Below, in pieces: positions 36,586 through 48,107 of a stretch of DNA of 64,000 bases. A model generated the notes under the pieces. The model was not told where the DNA came from, did not search any database, and saw only the letters and a list, made by a program, of their open reading frames with translations. The translations under genes were made by a program, and so were the position numbers. Numbering within the stretch: the first letter of the stretch is position 1; each line of letters begins with the position of its first letter. The stretch comes from Tilletiaria anomala UBC 951 (taxonomy: Eukaryota): NCBI RefSeq assembly GCF_000711695.1, contig NW_013547018.1, positions 62,001 through 126,000 of the forward strand, given 5' to 3'.

Positions 36586-39500
36586 CTACAGCATGTACGG
36601 GCCGTTTGGCAGCTCGTTCTGGTATTCGGGTATCTGGACGAGATCGATCCGTTGCGAGTTCTTTGGCGACACCACGGGCTCGTATTGGCCGTCGAGAGAG
36701 GAGTGTGTGGCGAAGCCGAACGAGTCGACTGGCCACTCTGTGGAAGGGTTCGAGGAAGCCGGGGCGGCAGATCGCGACACTACTTTTGCGACCTGTTTCT
36801 GCGGATCGCGACCAGCGTGCGTGTTGGATCTTGACAAGGTGCCGGTCTGTGTATTAGAGCGAGACAAAGAAGCGCCCGGGTTGGTGGCGGAAAGAGCGTC
36901 CGCTACAAAGAAGTTGGACAGGTCGTGCAACTGGCTGACGAGGTCACCCAACTCATGCTGCGTCTCGGCGCGTGTGCTTTCTGAGTGGCTCCAAACGCTA
37001 CCCTCGGATGCGTCTTCAACAAAATCGACATGAACTGCTGCGGGGGCCACATCCAACGTCCTCTCGCAGATGCGAAAGACGCTCTGGATGTTACTGCGTG
37101 CTCGCATAGCTGCCTCTTGCCGGTCTGGTATGGACCATCCGGTGGCTGATGGAGGTCCAAATACTCGGACCGTCCCTTGTAGTTCACGATGCGAAAGTTC
37201 GGTCTTGCACCATTGCAAACTCATGCGCATAAGCTGTCGGTGATCCGGGCCACCCGTGATGCGTGAGGTGAGACTCAAACAGTCCAACGCGTCCTGGGCT
37301 AGAGCGTCTTGTTGACTCAAGCTTCTCAACAACGGCATCCAGAGGTCAGAGCCATCCTCAGCCAACAAAGATTGCGAAGAGCCCAAGCCTTGTAGGAAGG
37401 CCTTGGCAACTTTCAGGGCACTGCTACGTTGCGTAGCATCTGGCGTGAGGACCGAGCCGAGAGCGATCTGTGCCATCATCGAGCAGTGCGCTGGCAAAAA
37501 GTGTGCTCGAAGCCCACTAATTCCCTGCCGGATCAGGTCGTCGGTGATTTTGAAGCGGCGATTTGCAACTGCCTCGCAGAAACGTTGCAGATCAGGTCGA
37601 TGTGCCTGTTCAAAGCATCTACCTAGGAGTGCGGCAATCAACAGGACAATGTCGTAGGCCGCTTTGGGCGAAACATCCGTTGTCTCAGTGGTCAGCGCAA
37701 AATGCGGTAAGATGGCAATGAGGCTGAGGCCCAACCAAGCGTCTCGGTCGGCAAGGACTTCGAAGACTGGGCCTTGAAGGACCTTCGAAACCACTGACAT
37801 GGCCCTTCCTTGTGTGCAAGACGATCTGAATGCATAAAGGATGCTGTGAGACCAGTCAGGACTGTTGCTTTCCCAGTCTACTGGACGCCATCTGAGTAAG
37901 CCGCTCGCGTCGACTCCCTCAGCTGTGTTGACCTTGTTAAGAATGGCCTCCATGAGGATTAAGGCATCCGCGCATTCGCTCTCGTTTGCAGAGCCCACAG
38001 CGGCAGCGCACGCCCAAAAGCAGGCAGCAGAGAAGTCATGGCTGCATTCCTTGTCTGCCGATGTAACGGAAGCCATGGCAGTGAGTGTCTTCATCGCCTC
38101 AATGGTGAATAGCCGGAAGTCATCGCTCTGATCTGAGATGGTGGCCGATAGTCGTCCGAGAATCTCTGCCAATGACTCGATGCTAGGCATTGGCTTCAGG
38201 TCGCGCAGAATGACAAAAGAATGGCATGCCAACGCCCTGACCGGGTTAACGGTAGCCCAAACAAGGGCGGCTCGTCGCCATTGGTCGCCCAGGCCGGTTG
38301 CCCTGTCCCAGTGCGGGAGTTGGTCCACGCGAAGGAGGTCGCAAGCTGAGTCTGAGTTTAAGTGCTTCCGCGAAACCAGGATATCTGCACCTAGTATCTG
38401 CCGAATTAGGCTCCCAGAGCTAGTCTGGCCTGGCGTCCAAGGCATCTTGGCGTGTAGTGTTGCCACGTGCAGCACTTGGGCCTTGCATTCGTCCGAACAA
38501 GATTCCGGTATCCCACACACAGAAAGAAAGCAGAGAAGGAGACCAGCCGCAGAGACTGAGGATGTTTCTTCGGGCACGCGTAGCGATGCCCGAAAGTCCG
38601 GAACGTGGAGAGACGCATGAGAAGGATCGACTTCGTAGCTGAGATTCTTGATGAGGAGCGGTATAGCGGATGCCGGCACCAACGCATCGCATGCTGCTCG
38701 GCGAAAGACGTCTGCCCATTTCCTGCACAGCAGCGTTACAATGGTACAGCTCGCGTGAAGCACCATTGGATGATGAACGTGAAGATTGATGTCGAGAAGG
38801 AACCTGAGGAGCACGTTGACGTTGCCCTCGACATGTGCAGTGCAGATAGATTCGACACAGGACTGCAGACTCCGGCTATCGGCATCTACTTGATGAGTAG
38901 CCACCCAGAGGAAGTTGCTGAGGAGAACGTATGTTTCGGATGCATACCCACGCTCCCCAGAGAGGTCGAGACGTACATTTTTGAGTGCGTTGCCAACAAG
39001 GTTCGCAAAAGATTCACGATGCGCAGGTGGCGCTTGTGCGACCCTCGACCCACATTCTGCAGCAATGAATAGTGCTGAATCTCCCAACCTCAGCTGAAGC
39101 GCATTGCAGACTGAATGCATGCCATAGAGGTACCCAGCAGGAGTCAATTGAAGACAGTCGCACTTGTGAGGAGCGATTGCATCGTCGTATTGGCTCAGCC
39201 AATCAAAAGCTAGCCGGCGTACCTGCACGTCTGGATCGGAGAGCTTGGAAACGAGAAGAACAAGGAGGCGGCCGAGCGGCATAGCCGCAGGAGCTTCATC
39301 TTTGAAATGGTGAAGGTCGCCAAAGAAAGACTGCTCGAACCGAGTGGGTGATTCCTCTCCGTGGATGAGGTCGATCACGTTGTTCCATGCAAGGACAACA
39401 TCTTTTTGCGCGCTCAAAACATTGCGAACCGCACGACTGAGGGATGTTCGAGGATCCAGTCTGGTCAACCCATGCAAAAACGAATGCTATGCTGTGTCGA

Positions 39501-42500
39501 AACTCACTGAGCTGGTTCGCGTGCTGCATCAAGTGGGGCTTTTACAAGCATGCGCGCCCATCCCACCGTTGAAACCCATGGCAATTGAGTGTCTTGCTGT
39601 TCTTGCGGATTCCTGAATTCGGTAATGGGAATGCAAGTACTGAGAGACGCAAGCGTTTCAGCTGCTGCGTGGGCGAGGCCATGAACCAGGTCACGTAATT
39701 CATTCAGTACGCGACTGCGGGATTGCTCGTCCTTGCGTCGGTAGGCTGCCGAGGTGAGAAGATTTGCCAACTTCGCAGACCCCTGTGCATTATGGGGCGA
39801 ATAAGACTGCCACTCCAGGCAGAGCAAGAAGATTTGCATGATAGTGTCAGTCGAGAAATAGCGCTGCAGAGATCCTTCTAGCGCGAGGCTGTCAACAAAG
39901 CAGCTCGTAACCCTAGCGAAGGCCAGCCGGATTGGATTTTGCTGCAGATCGTTGCGCATGACAGGGTCGGAGAGAAAGAGCAAGGTTTCTTTGATCCAAG
40001 CAAGAACAAGGAACACTTCGTTCGAGCGATGTGAACTGTCAAGCAGGGTGATATAAGGAATGATGGTTTGCAAAATCAAAGCGGTTCCTTTTCGCACGTT
40101 CGCAACTTTGTGGCGCACGACTGGTAGGGTGTCAGGTTTTGAGATTGTAGCCTGACGTTTTTCTTCATCGCCTGCATCGACGCTGACCTTCCGGAGCTGC
40201 TGGAGGCATGCGTAAAAAAGATGTCGATTCAAGCCAGCCGAGGCGAATTGAGCCTTTTCTGCTACCAATGGCCGCCCGCTGCATGCTAACAGGACGAGCT
40301 GCTGGACGAGATCTGTGCTTGTGAACGATTTCGGCTCCGGGGCTGTGTCACTTGATTGTCGTGCATGTCCTTGGTGGTCCATTCCTCCAACATTTGCGTC
40401 CGTGCTGATAGCGGCCAAGCAGCTGGCCATATGCGCCCACGTCTCAGCGATACCATCTAGGTTGGCCTGTGCTGCTTTTGTAGATAAATGAGCAGGGAGA
40501 CCCGTGGACGAGCTCAAGTAATTCTGCAGGTTGAGAACACGACTCGCCAGGTTCGCCTTGACGAGCGCAGTGACCGTCGGGAACAACGTGGCGCACTGCC
40601 GAAAGATGAGCCCTTGGATTTGATGCCATGCGATACCATTGATGGCTTCCCGTGCTTGCAGCACTGCTTCGACTGGGGTATCGGAGTCGAACAGAGAATG
40701 TGCAGAAGTGACCAAAGTGTCGCCTTCGAGAGACCTTTTGATTGGCAGCTCGAGCAGGTGCCAAACGCGGTTAGCCTGATGGAGGGAGCCGATCATTGCT
40801 GTCGAAGCCTCGCGGCCAGACAGTGTGGTGTCGACGAGAGATACGCTTTCCAGCACGCTTGCTCCTATGCGACGTAAGGCGACCACCGGAAATGTCATCA
40901 AAAACAAACTGTGCGCTTCGGCTTCATCCAATGTGGTCCATTCTCCAGCTCGTGCCATATTCGTGCTCTGGACTCCATCGCTTGACACGGGGGGCTTGCA
41001 CGAAAGTTCAACGTGCTTCTTCCATCTGTTGAAGCAGGCAGCCCATAATTTGAACACTGAGGTCGTTTTCTGAGTAAGGTGCTGCCTATTTGGGTGCACT
41101 TCCCACATCACGACGTCTGGGCGTACCAGATAGCGTCCGATGTATGCCAGGGCGTCCATGCTGTAGTCTCGACAAATTGAAACCCGATGAATGGTGCCTG
41201 TAGCCGTGCTAGCCAGGGCTGAGTCGGCGCTCCACAATGATCGCAAGATGACCCCGAATACGACATTGCGAGGAAGCTTCGTGGTGAGGCACTGCGGCCA
41301 TACACTCAGGCAAGCACGCAAGACGTCCATGAATGGTTGATGGACATGAGAGTATGCCGCCATAGCGCCCATGTCCTCATGGAACCGCCACACGAGTCCT
41401 TCTTTGTCATTGTCCATGTATTCGCTGTCGAGATGCGATCCCGAGCCGCTTCCTGACGACAAGACGGCGCGCTCGTCCAGGACTGAGACTTCCCCGACTT
41501 GGTGGTCGCAGATCAGTGCTATCTTTCCTATGAGGCCCTCGAAGGTGGCATGAGCCTGTGCGATGGCCGTGGTTGGCCACTCGATCTCTGCTGGTGCAGA
41601 TTCGGTTACTTGTGGCAGCTTGAACTCTTCCTCTATTTGCAGAGGGAAGCTGGGAGAACTCTTGTCTGCGTATGCTTGCCGAGTCAACGAGATGGCTCGG
41701 ACAGCAGCTACCATCCTTCGCTTGTTAATTAGCTCTGGTTGCAATGTCAGCATATTGCCTTGCAGCGAAGATGCACGCAGAAGCTCAAGAACAAAGTCGC
41801 GACCGATCTCCGATTGTCGGTAGAGGATGTGGTGCAGCATGAGAGCGTAGATATCTGACCCAGTGTCTTGCAAGTCGATGCTGCGGCGTTGCATCGGAAA
41901 CCAAATGCGAAAGAATGCGTCAAGGCGCTTACTTGTTGCATTGCTGCTCTCTTTGCATCTGAACAAGTAGACCCAAAGCAACCGCGTGGCGCTTTCAACG
42001 ACCGTCTTTCGGCGCGATCGATCCTTAAGCTGCTGCAATGAATTTTCGAGAAATGGCCACCATTGTTGTAGGAATGTCTCTTCCCTTGACGCGCACAAGA
42101 CTGCGGTACCGAGTGCGAATGAAGCGGCCCAATACCTCGGCTTTGCACTCATCACCTGCGCGCGCGACCACAGCACATCGGTCACCTCAACCCACGTTGG
42201 ATGATGTAGCTCCGCTGATGCTCGTGAAGCCACCTGCAGAACGATCGCGGCTAGCGCCTCAGCGAATGCGATTTTGACGCGCGTTCCATGTGCTGACGAG
42301 AAGAGGCGGACAAGGGAAAGGATGGCTTCTGCTCCTTCTTCGAAAACTTCCATGGGAAAGACCTGAATAGGTAGTGACAGTGTTAAATATGTGGCATGGG
42401 GTCGCGAAAACGATTCAACTCTCACAGTAATTTTCAGCTTTCCGATCAACTTGATCTGCAATTCGACTTCCGGGTCTCCTTCCTTCTGCGATGCTGTGGC

Positions 42501-44637
42501 CGCTAGACTCTTCTGGAGCATCATGGTCAAGGTGTCACACACTTGTACCAATCTATCGAAAAAGCGTGGGGTAGATTCTCTCATCAGAGCAAAGCGCAAT
42601 GTGGAACACGGCTCCTACTCACCTAGCTTGGCTGAGCACACCCAGTAAATCGCCTAAGCTATGATGAACCCGCAGAATGAGCCCATCCTCTTGCGGCAGC
42701 CTCAGGATCATTGCTTCTCCTAGTAGTCCAATGGCATCCACCTCAGGAGCAAAATCCACATAGCTTTTCCCGCCCAGGTCACTGAGCGACGCGGTCTTAG
42801 CGTCCTCGATGACATGGCGCGGCAGCCCATCAAAAAGAATAGTCAACGCATCCAGTAGCACGACGATGGACAAAAGTTTGGCCTTGCGAACTTGTGCTGC
42901 GTTGTTCCTCAGCTGCGCTTTCGATGCGTTCGAAGGAGTTATGTTCGTCCCTGTTCCGGAAGGTATGGTGTCATCGTCTTCGAACATCGAAGCAGAGACG
43001 CCATGTGACAACGGATCAGTTTGATTGATGTTGCTGCTGATGGTCGAATTCGGAGTTTCGTGTAAAGATCGCCACGCCCACAAAGAAGCCCAGATCGTTT
43101 GCAGCTGTTGCGGGTCACTGTTATTTGCGGCTTTGCTCAAACATCGGCATACCGACTCGAAGGCCACTTCGTTTTCTTTCTCGGCAACTGATTTCCAGAT
43201 TGAGCTGAAGGCGTTCCTTCCCCTCTTAAATGGTACTGAAAAGGATGCGCTCGCGAAATCGGGGTTGCTCTTGCTTGCAAGTGATTTCAAACGGGATCGC
43301 GCTAGCAAGGAGAAACGGGCCAGTAACACATTGAGAGCATACTGTGCAGGTGTAGAAGGATCAGCGACGCCCACCCCATGTGGAAGAGTGTATGAACTGT
43401 CATCAGAGAGCTGTATGGGTGGCCGCAGTGGAGCTGCTGATGACAATTGCCGATACTGGCTAGGTTGCGGCGTATGCGATCGTGAAGTGGAACCGTGACC
43501 TTCAAAAAGATCAGGTAGGCCGCCACCACGTGCCGGAATACCTGCATAGTAAGACAATGTGGGTGCTCCAATGATACCTGGCGGTCCCCGAGTTTCTGAT
43601 TGCAAGTGAGGCGGGAAGGGTGGCAATGGGGGGGGCATGCTCATTCCCATGTTGAAACTTGTAGAAGTCGGTGTAGAGGCGTCAATGCTGCTTCCAGCAC
43701 CAGCACTTGCAGCGCCAAATGAGGAACTGCCAGAGAGCTGCGAGCGCTTGTGCGAGTGACCGTGCACAAAGGTGTTTCCTTCCCAGGCGTTTGAAGCCGC
43801 AATATTGCCGAGAGACGCTGGACTCTCCGTTCTTTGATGTTGAACATGGCCATGACTATACTGATACTGGTACCCATCGTATTGCTGTCTACCAGATGGA
43901 GTAGACGATGAGGGAAAGTACCGAATGCTATGTTGCGAGGTCGAACGTGTAGGGGGAGTGGAAAGGTCTTGCCTCGTTTCACGCTCACGGTCGAGTGAAG
44001 GTCTTCCCCCTCCCAGCGACGGCCGGCCGTGTTGGTGGAAAGATGTAGATGATGAAGTGGGGAGCGGAGGCTCGTACGAAGGTGTCGATCCTACAGCTGT
44101 CACGGCACTTGATGCTGCAGACTTAAATGCTGCGCGCAAGCTGGCCAGGCTACCTTTACGCGGTGCTTGCTGCTGCTGGGATTGCGACTGGTTATTGGCC
44201 CTGTTCGGTGCGCTTGCAGACGGCGCATCAGGCAACTGAACCCCTTGGGAAAGTGACGGAAAGAGCGGCTGAGATTGACCGTGAGATGAGAAAGCGCTAG
44301 AACTCATGGGAGGCGGCATTGGAGGGCCAGTGGAAGAGATGGGACTCGGTAAATCGTACCCTCCGCTAGACTCGCTGCCATTTCTTCCATGCCACAGCTC
44401 TGCGCCTCGGAATGGTCCTCTTGTTGTGGAGTTTCCAATACCCCCATTTGCGGAGGCTGCAAAACCAAAAGCTGTTCCATCTTGTGAGCCAGAGGCTGAG
44501 CGATTATTGAAGGCAGGCCTCCCATTTGATGCACTTGCTGCCGAAGGGACTGCCGTTCCAGGCGCCTGAGTAGCAGTAGCATTACTATAGCTTTCTAGAT
44601 CTTCAAAGTCGGGAATGACCACTTGCAGGCCGCTCAT
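36586..44637 (-). CDS. TAO3: Cell morphogenesis scaffold Tao3/Pag1/Mor2 (Furry family)
   Basis: QVVIPDFED start, TPAQYALNVL, ELHHPTW..KPRYW, RLLWVYLFRCKESSNATSKRLD, WATVNPVRALACHSF..R, EILGRLSATISD, FGPPSATGWS; three long ORFs joined by short introns (e.g. 39461-39507). Confidence 0.9.
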
Positions 44638-45301
44638 GGTTACCGTGTCAATCGTTCACCCCACGGGCTGGGGCGGAAAATAGACAGATAGCCCAGACTC
44701 TTTGTGACACAGACGTTTCGGGGACTGTTGTCAGAATGATGGCACTGGATGCCAGGCCTCGCCCTGTTGGCTGCAGCATAGATCCTTGCCATGAGTCGTC
44801 CAGCCCGGAACTTGAAACGCTCTGGAGTTCTCGAGGACATGACGCCGTCGACCGGGGGACGTCTCGACGATGAGACGGGTTCAGTCTAGTTTGATTCACA
44901 ACGCGACGTCCGTTAGCCCAAGTAATATCACTCTGGTTATATTTGCTTGAGTGGAAATTCATGGGGATTTTAGCTGATATTACCGGTGAGTGTAAAAGAT
45001 CGCTCCAAAAGCCCAGCATTCCCCCAGTTGGTCAAAAAGGAGCGAGAAAAAAAATTGGCTGAACACACACCTTCGGCAGTGAGCTATTGTCCGTACGATG
45101 TCATCGCTTTTTGTCTCCCTGGTACCTTGGTCACATTTCGTTTTGTCCATCGCGTCTTTCACTACCTGAGCCCAACTGGATACGTTGTACAGCTATTCGA
45201 TCGCTGCATCGTTGGTGTAGTCTGCCTTGCGTGCCTGTCCGGGTCTTCAAACAGCAGCCATTTAATCGCATTCCTTGACGCCTTGGCTGCGCAGACCTAT
45301 C

Positions 45302-47723
45302 ATGTTCTCGCCGCTTTCGAATGGCACGCCAGGGCTGCAAGATGACATCAATCGCACCCAGGGTTCTGGAGGCCGCAACCATACCGGGGGCAGCAGTAGC
45401 AACAGGGGAGGTCCAGCTGGTAGATTGGCGGGAAGTACTCTGCGCAGAGCCGGATTGGTAGATCAAGACTCCGGTATGCGTGATGCCAGTCGCGCCGGAC
45501 CGAGCAGGAGATGGGAAAGGGCTGTTGGAAGCAGTGGAGAGAACACGTCTTCAGTGAGTCTTCAACTCACTCAAATCTCTATACTCAGCTTTGAGCTGGC
45601 TGGATGCCCTGTATTGTCACTTGGTCAATGCACTGCCATCCAGTTGCCATTCTGTGTACCCCGCCACTCATTACGCCCTCCCCATCAACATGATGAATTG
45701 CCAGACTGACGTTGTACTTCCCTCTCTCTATTGTCAAAATGATGTCTGTCATGCCTCATGATAGTTGAAAAGAACACTAGACGAGCCGGTATCCGCGGCT
45801 AGGGGTCGGTCATCCAAGCTGCGTCTAGCACGAGATCGCGCCAATCCCATCGGCAAGCGGCATCGAGGCAGCGGGCCGGTCACAGATTCTGCATTGGCAG
45901 GAGGGGCGGCAAGCAGGGGAGGTCGGGGCGCAGGTGTCAAGGGTGTTGCTTTACGCGGATCAACAGGGAAGCAAAAGCTGCGCAAAGCGCAAGCAGGTGA
46001 AGTCGCGCGAAATGGCAGCACCATCGAGACGCTCAAGTCGTTCTTGACCTCGCGTTGGGACGCCAATAGCGGCTTCCTCAATCTGTCGAACATGGCTTCC
46101 GATCCGATCCTGCTAGCAGCGGAGATCAAACCTCCAGGAGTAAGCGGGGCGGCAAAGGAGATCAGCAACGCTATCTGGAAGCTCGCGAGGGAAATGTTTC
46201 CAACTATCACGACACTCAGTCTGGCGAGCAATGGCTTCAAGAGCCTCGTACCCGTCATGAGCGTGCCAGAGTTCCTTCCCAAGTTGCGCAACCTCAGCTT
46301 GCAAGGAAATGACATCAAGTGGACCAAGGACCTTGCCGCCATCGCCCCTACAGTCTCAGGAAATTCAGGACGGCGCTTCGAGGAGCTAAGCGAGCTAGTG
46401 CTGCTGGAAAATCCAGTGCAGCAGAATGCAGTGGCTGCTGGGAATGAGGCTGGTTATCGAGAGGAGGTGCTAGTCAAGTTTCCTTCCCTCAAAATGCTAG
46501 ATATGAAGCCTGTGGAAGCTGTGGAGGCACAACAAGCAGCTTCAGGTAGCAAAAGCGGAAGCAGCACGCAAGGGCAGGCCAGCTCTTTTGTCGGCGTCGC
46601 TCCAATACCAATGCCACTTGCGGTCAAGCCTGGCTTCTCCGACGAGTCAGCACAAGCCATTATCCCAGCTTTCCTGTCGACATTCTTTGGCCATATGGAC
46701 ACTGGCCGACAACAACTCAAGCCTGCTTATGCTCCAAAAGCGGTGATGACATTCACGCTTCCGCTGCAAGCTCCTCCTCGAGCGCGAGCCGAAGGCTTTC
46801 TGTTCAGCATGAAGAACCAGCGCGGGTTACATGGCATGACCGACAAGCTGAAGATGCTCAGCGCACATGACATTATGCGGCTCGGCACGCATTCGGCCAG
46901 CAAAGGCGTACACAGCGGGCCAGATGCGATTGTGGACTTCATGACGCGTCAACTGCCCAAGAGCAGACATCCTCTCTCAGAAGCAAGCAAGTTCGTTGTC
47001 GATGCGTGGGTCCTGCCTAACGAAAGAATTGGAGCCGTAGTAGATACGAGATCAGAGAAGTCGAGCGCTGTGTTATTCATCAGCGTGCATGGGGAGTACA
47101 CCGAACGTGAGTGCCTTAACCAAACAATCGTATCTTACCGCATCATTGGCAGATAGTTCACATGCCACAAACATGCTGTTGTTCTACCAGTGCCATCGGA
47201 AGGCGTGCGAAGCTTCGACCGGACATTTGTCGTCGCTCCAGCTGCGCCGGGCTCCACGTGAGTGACATATCCACAGCAAGGATCCACAAACACCTCTTCT
47301 AAACCATCCATCATTCCTGCAGCGCGGCGAATGCCGGTTGGCCCTGCGTGATTTTGAACGAGCAATTCACCATCCGGCAGTATTCTGGCAACTCGGCGTG
47401 GAACCCCAAGCCAGTCGAGTCTGGCTCTGCAACTTCCGCTTCAGGTCTTGTGAGTACGGCACTTCCCTCCTTCTCGCAGTCAACGCCACCGCAGTGCGCA
47501 AAGCGACTTGGACACTGACCGATCCACAATTTCGCTCCCGCTTTCTGGCGAGCAGACTCCACAGCAAGAAGGGGAAGTGACGCGGCTTGCTGCACAGACT
47601 GGCATGACGCTGCCCTTTGCCATGCAGTGTCTCGCGCAGAATGAATGGCAGTACGAGCAGGCTGTCGCGAACTTTGCGTCTCTCAAGCAGGCTGGTCAGA
47701 TCCCGCCGGAAGCGTTCCAGTAA
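45302..47723 (+). CDS. MEX67: mRNA export factor (LRR + NTF2-like + TAP-C/UBA)
   Basis: RG-rich N-terminus, FLNLSNM, ITTLSLASN..LPKLRNLSLQGN, VHGEYTE..RSFDRTFVVAPA, QTGMTLPFAMQCLAQNEWQYEQAVANF..IPPEAF; first intron 45554-45764. Confidence 0.92.
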
Positions 47724-48107
47724 GAGCAGCAGCAAACACTTACGCAATATCAGCGAGGCAGGATTTACACTAGTAAACAATTCCCCTGCAATGCGGTCGC
47801 CATAAATCAATCCTGTATCATCAATTCTTGGCTATTCAATTGTATGCACCTATAAAAAAGCGCGCAAGATACATGCCTGCCTGGATGAACATGAGTCGCC
47901 ACGCCGACATGAGGAAGCTCCCTGTATAAGAACATCGAGAACGAGTGAACGCCAGAAATAGATACACAAGTGGCCCGATACATGAGATAGATGCTTGCTC
48001 AGAAGAAAAAAGGAAAGCAGAGAGAACGTATAGTCTAGAGACGGGCGACGGCAGAGGATGGTGACGTCGGACGCAAGATACGAAAGGAAACAGGTGGGAG
48101 AGATCGT

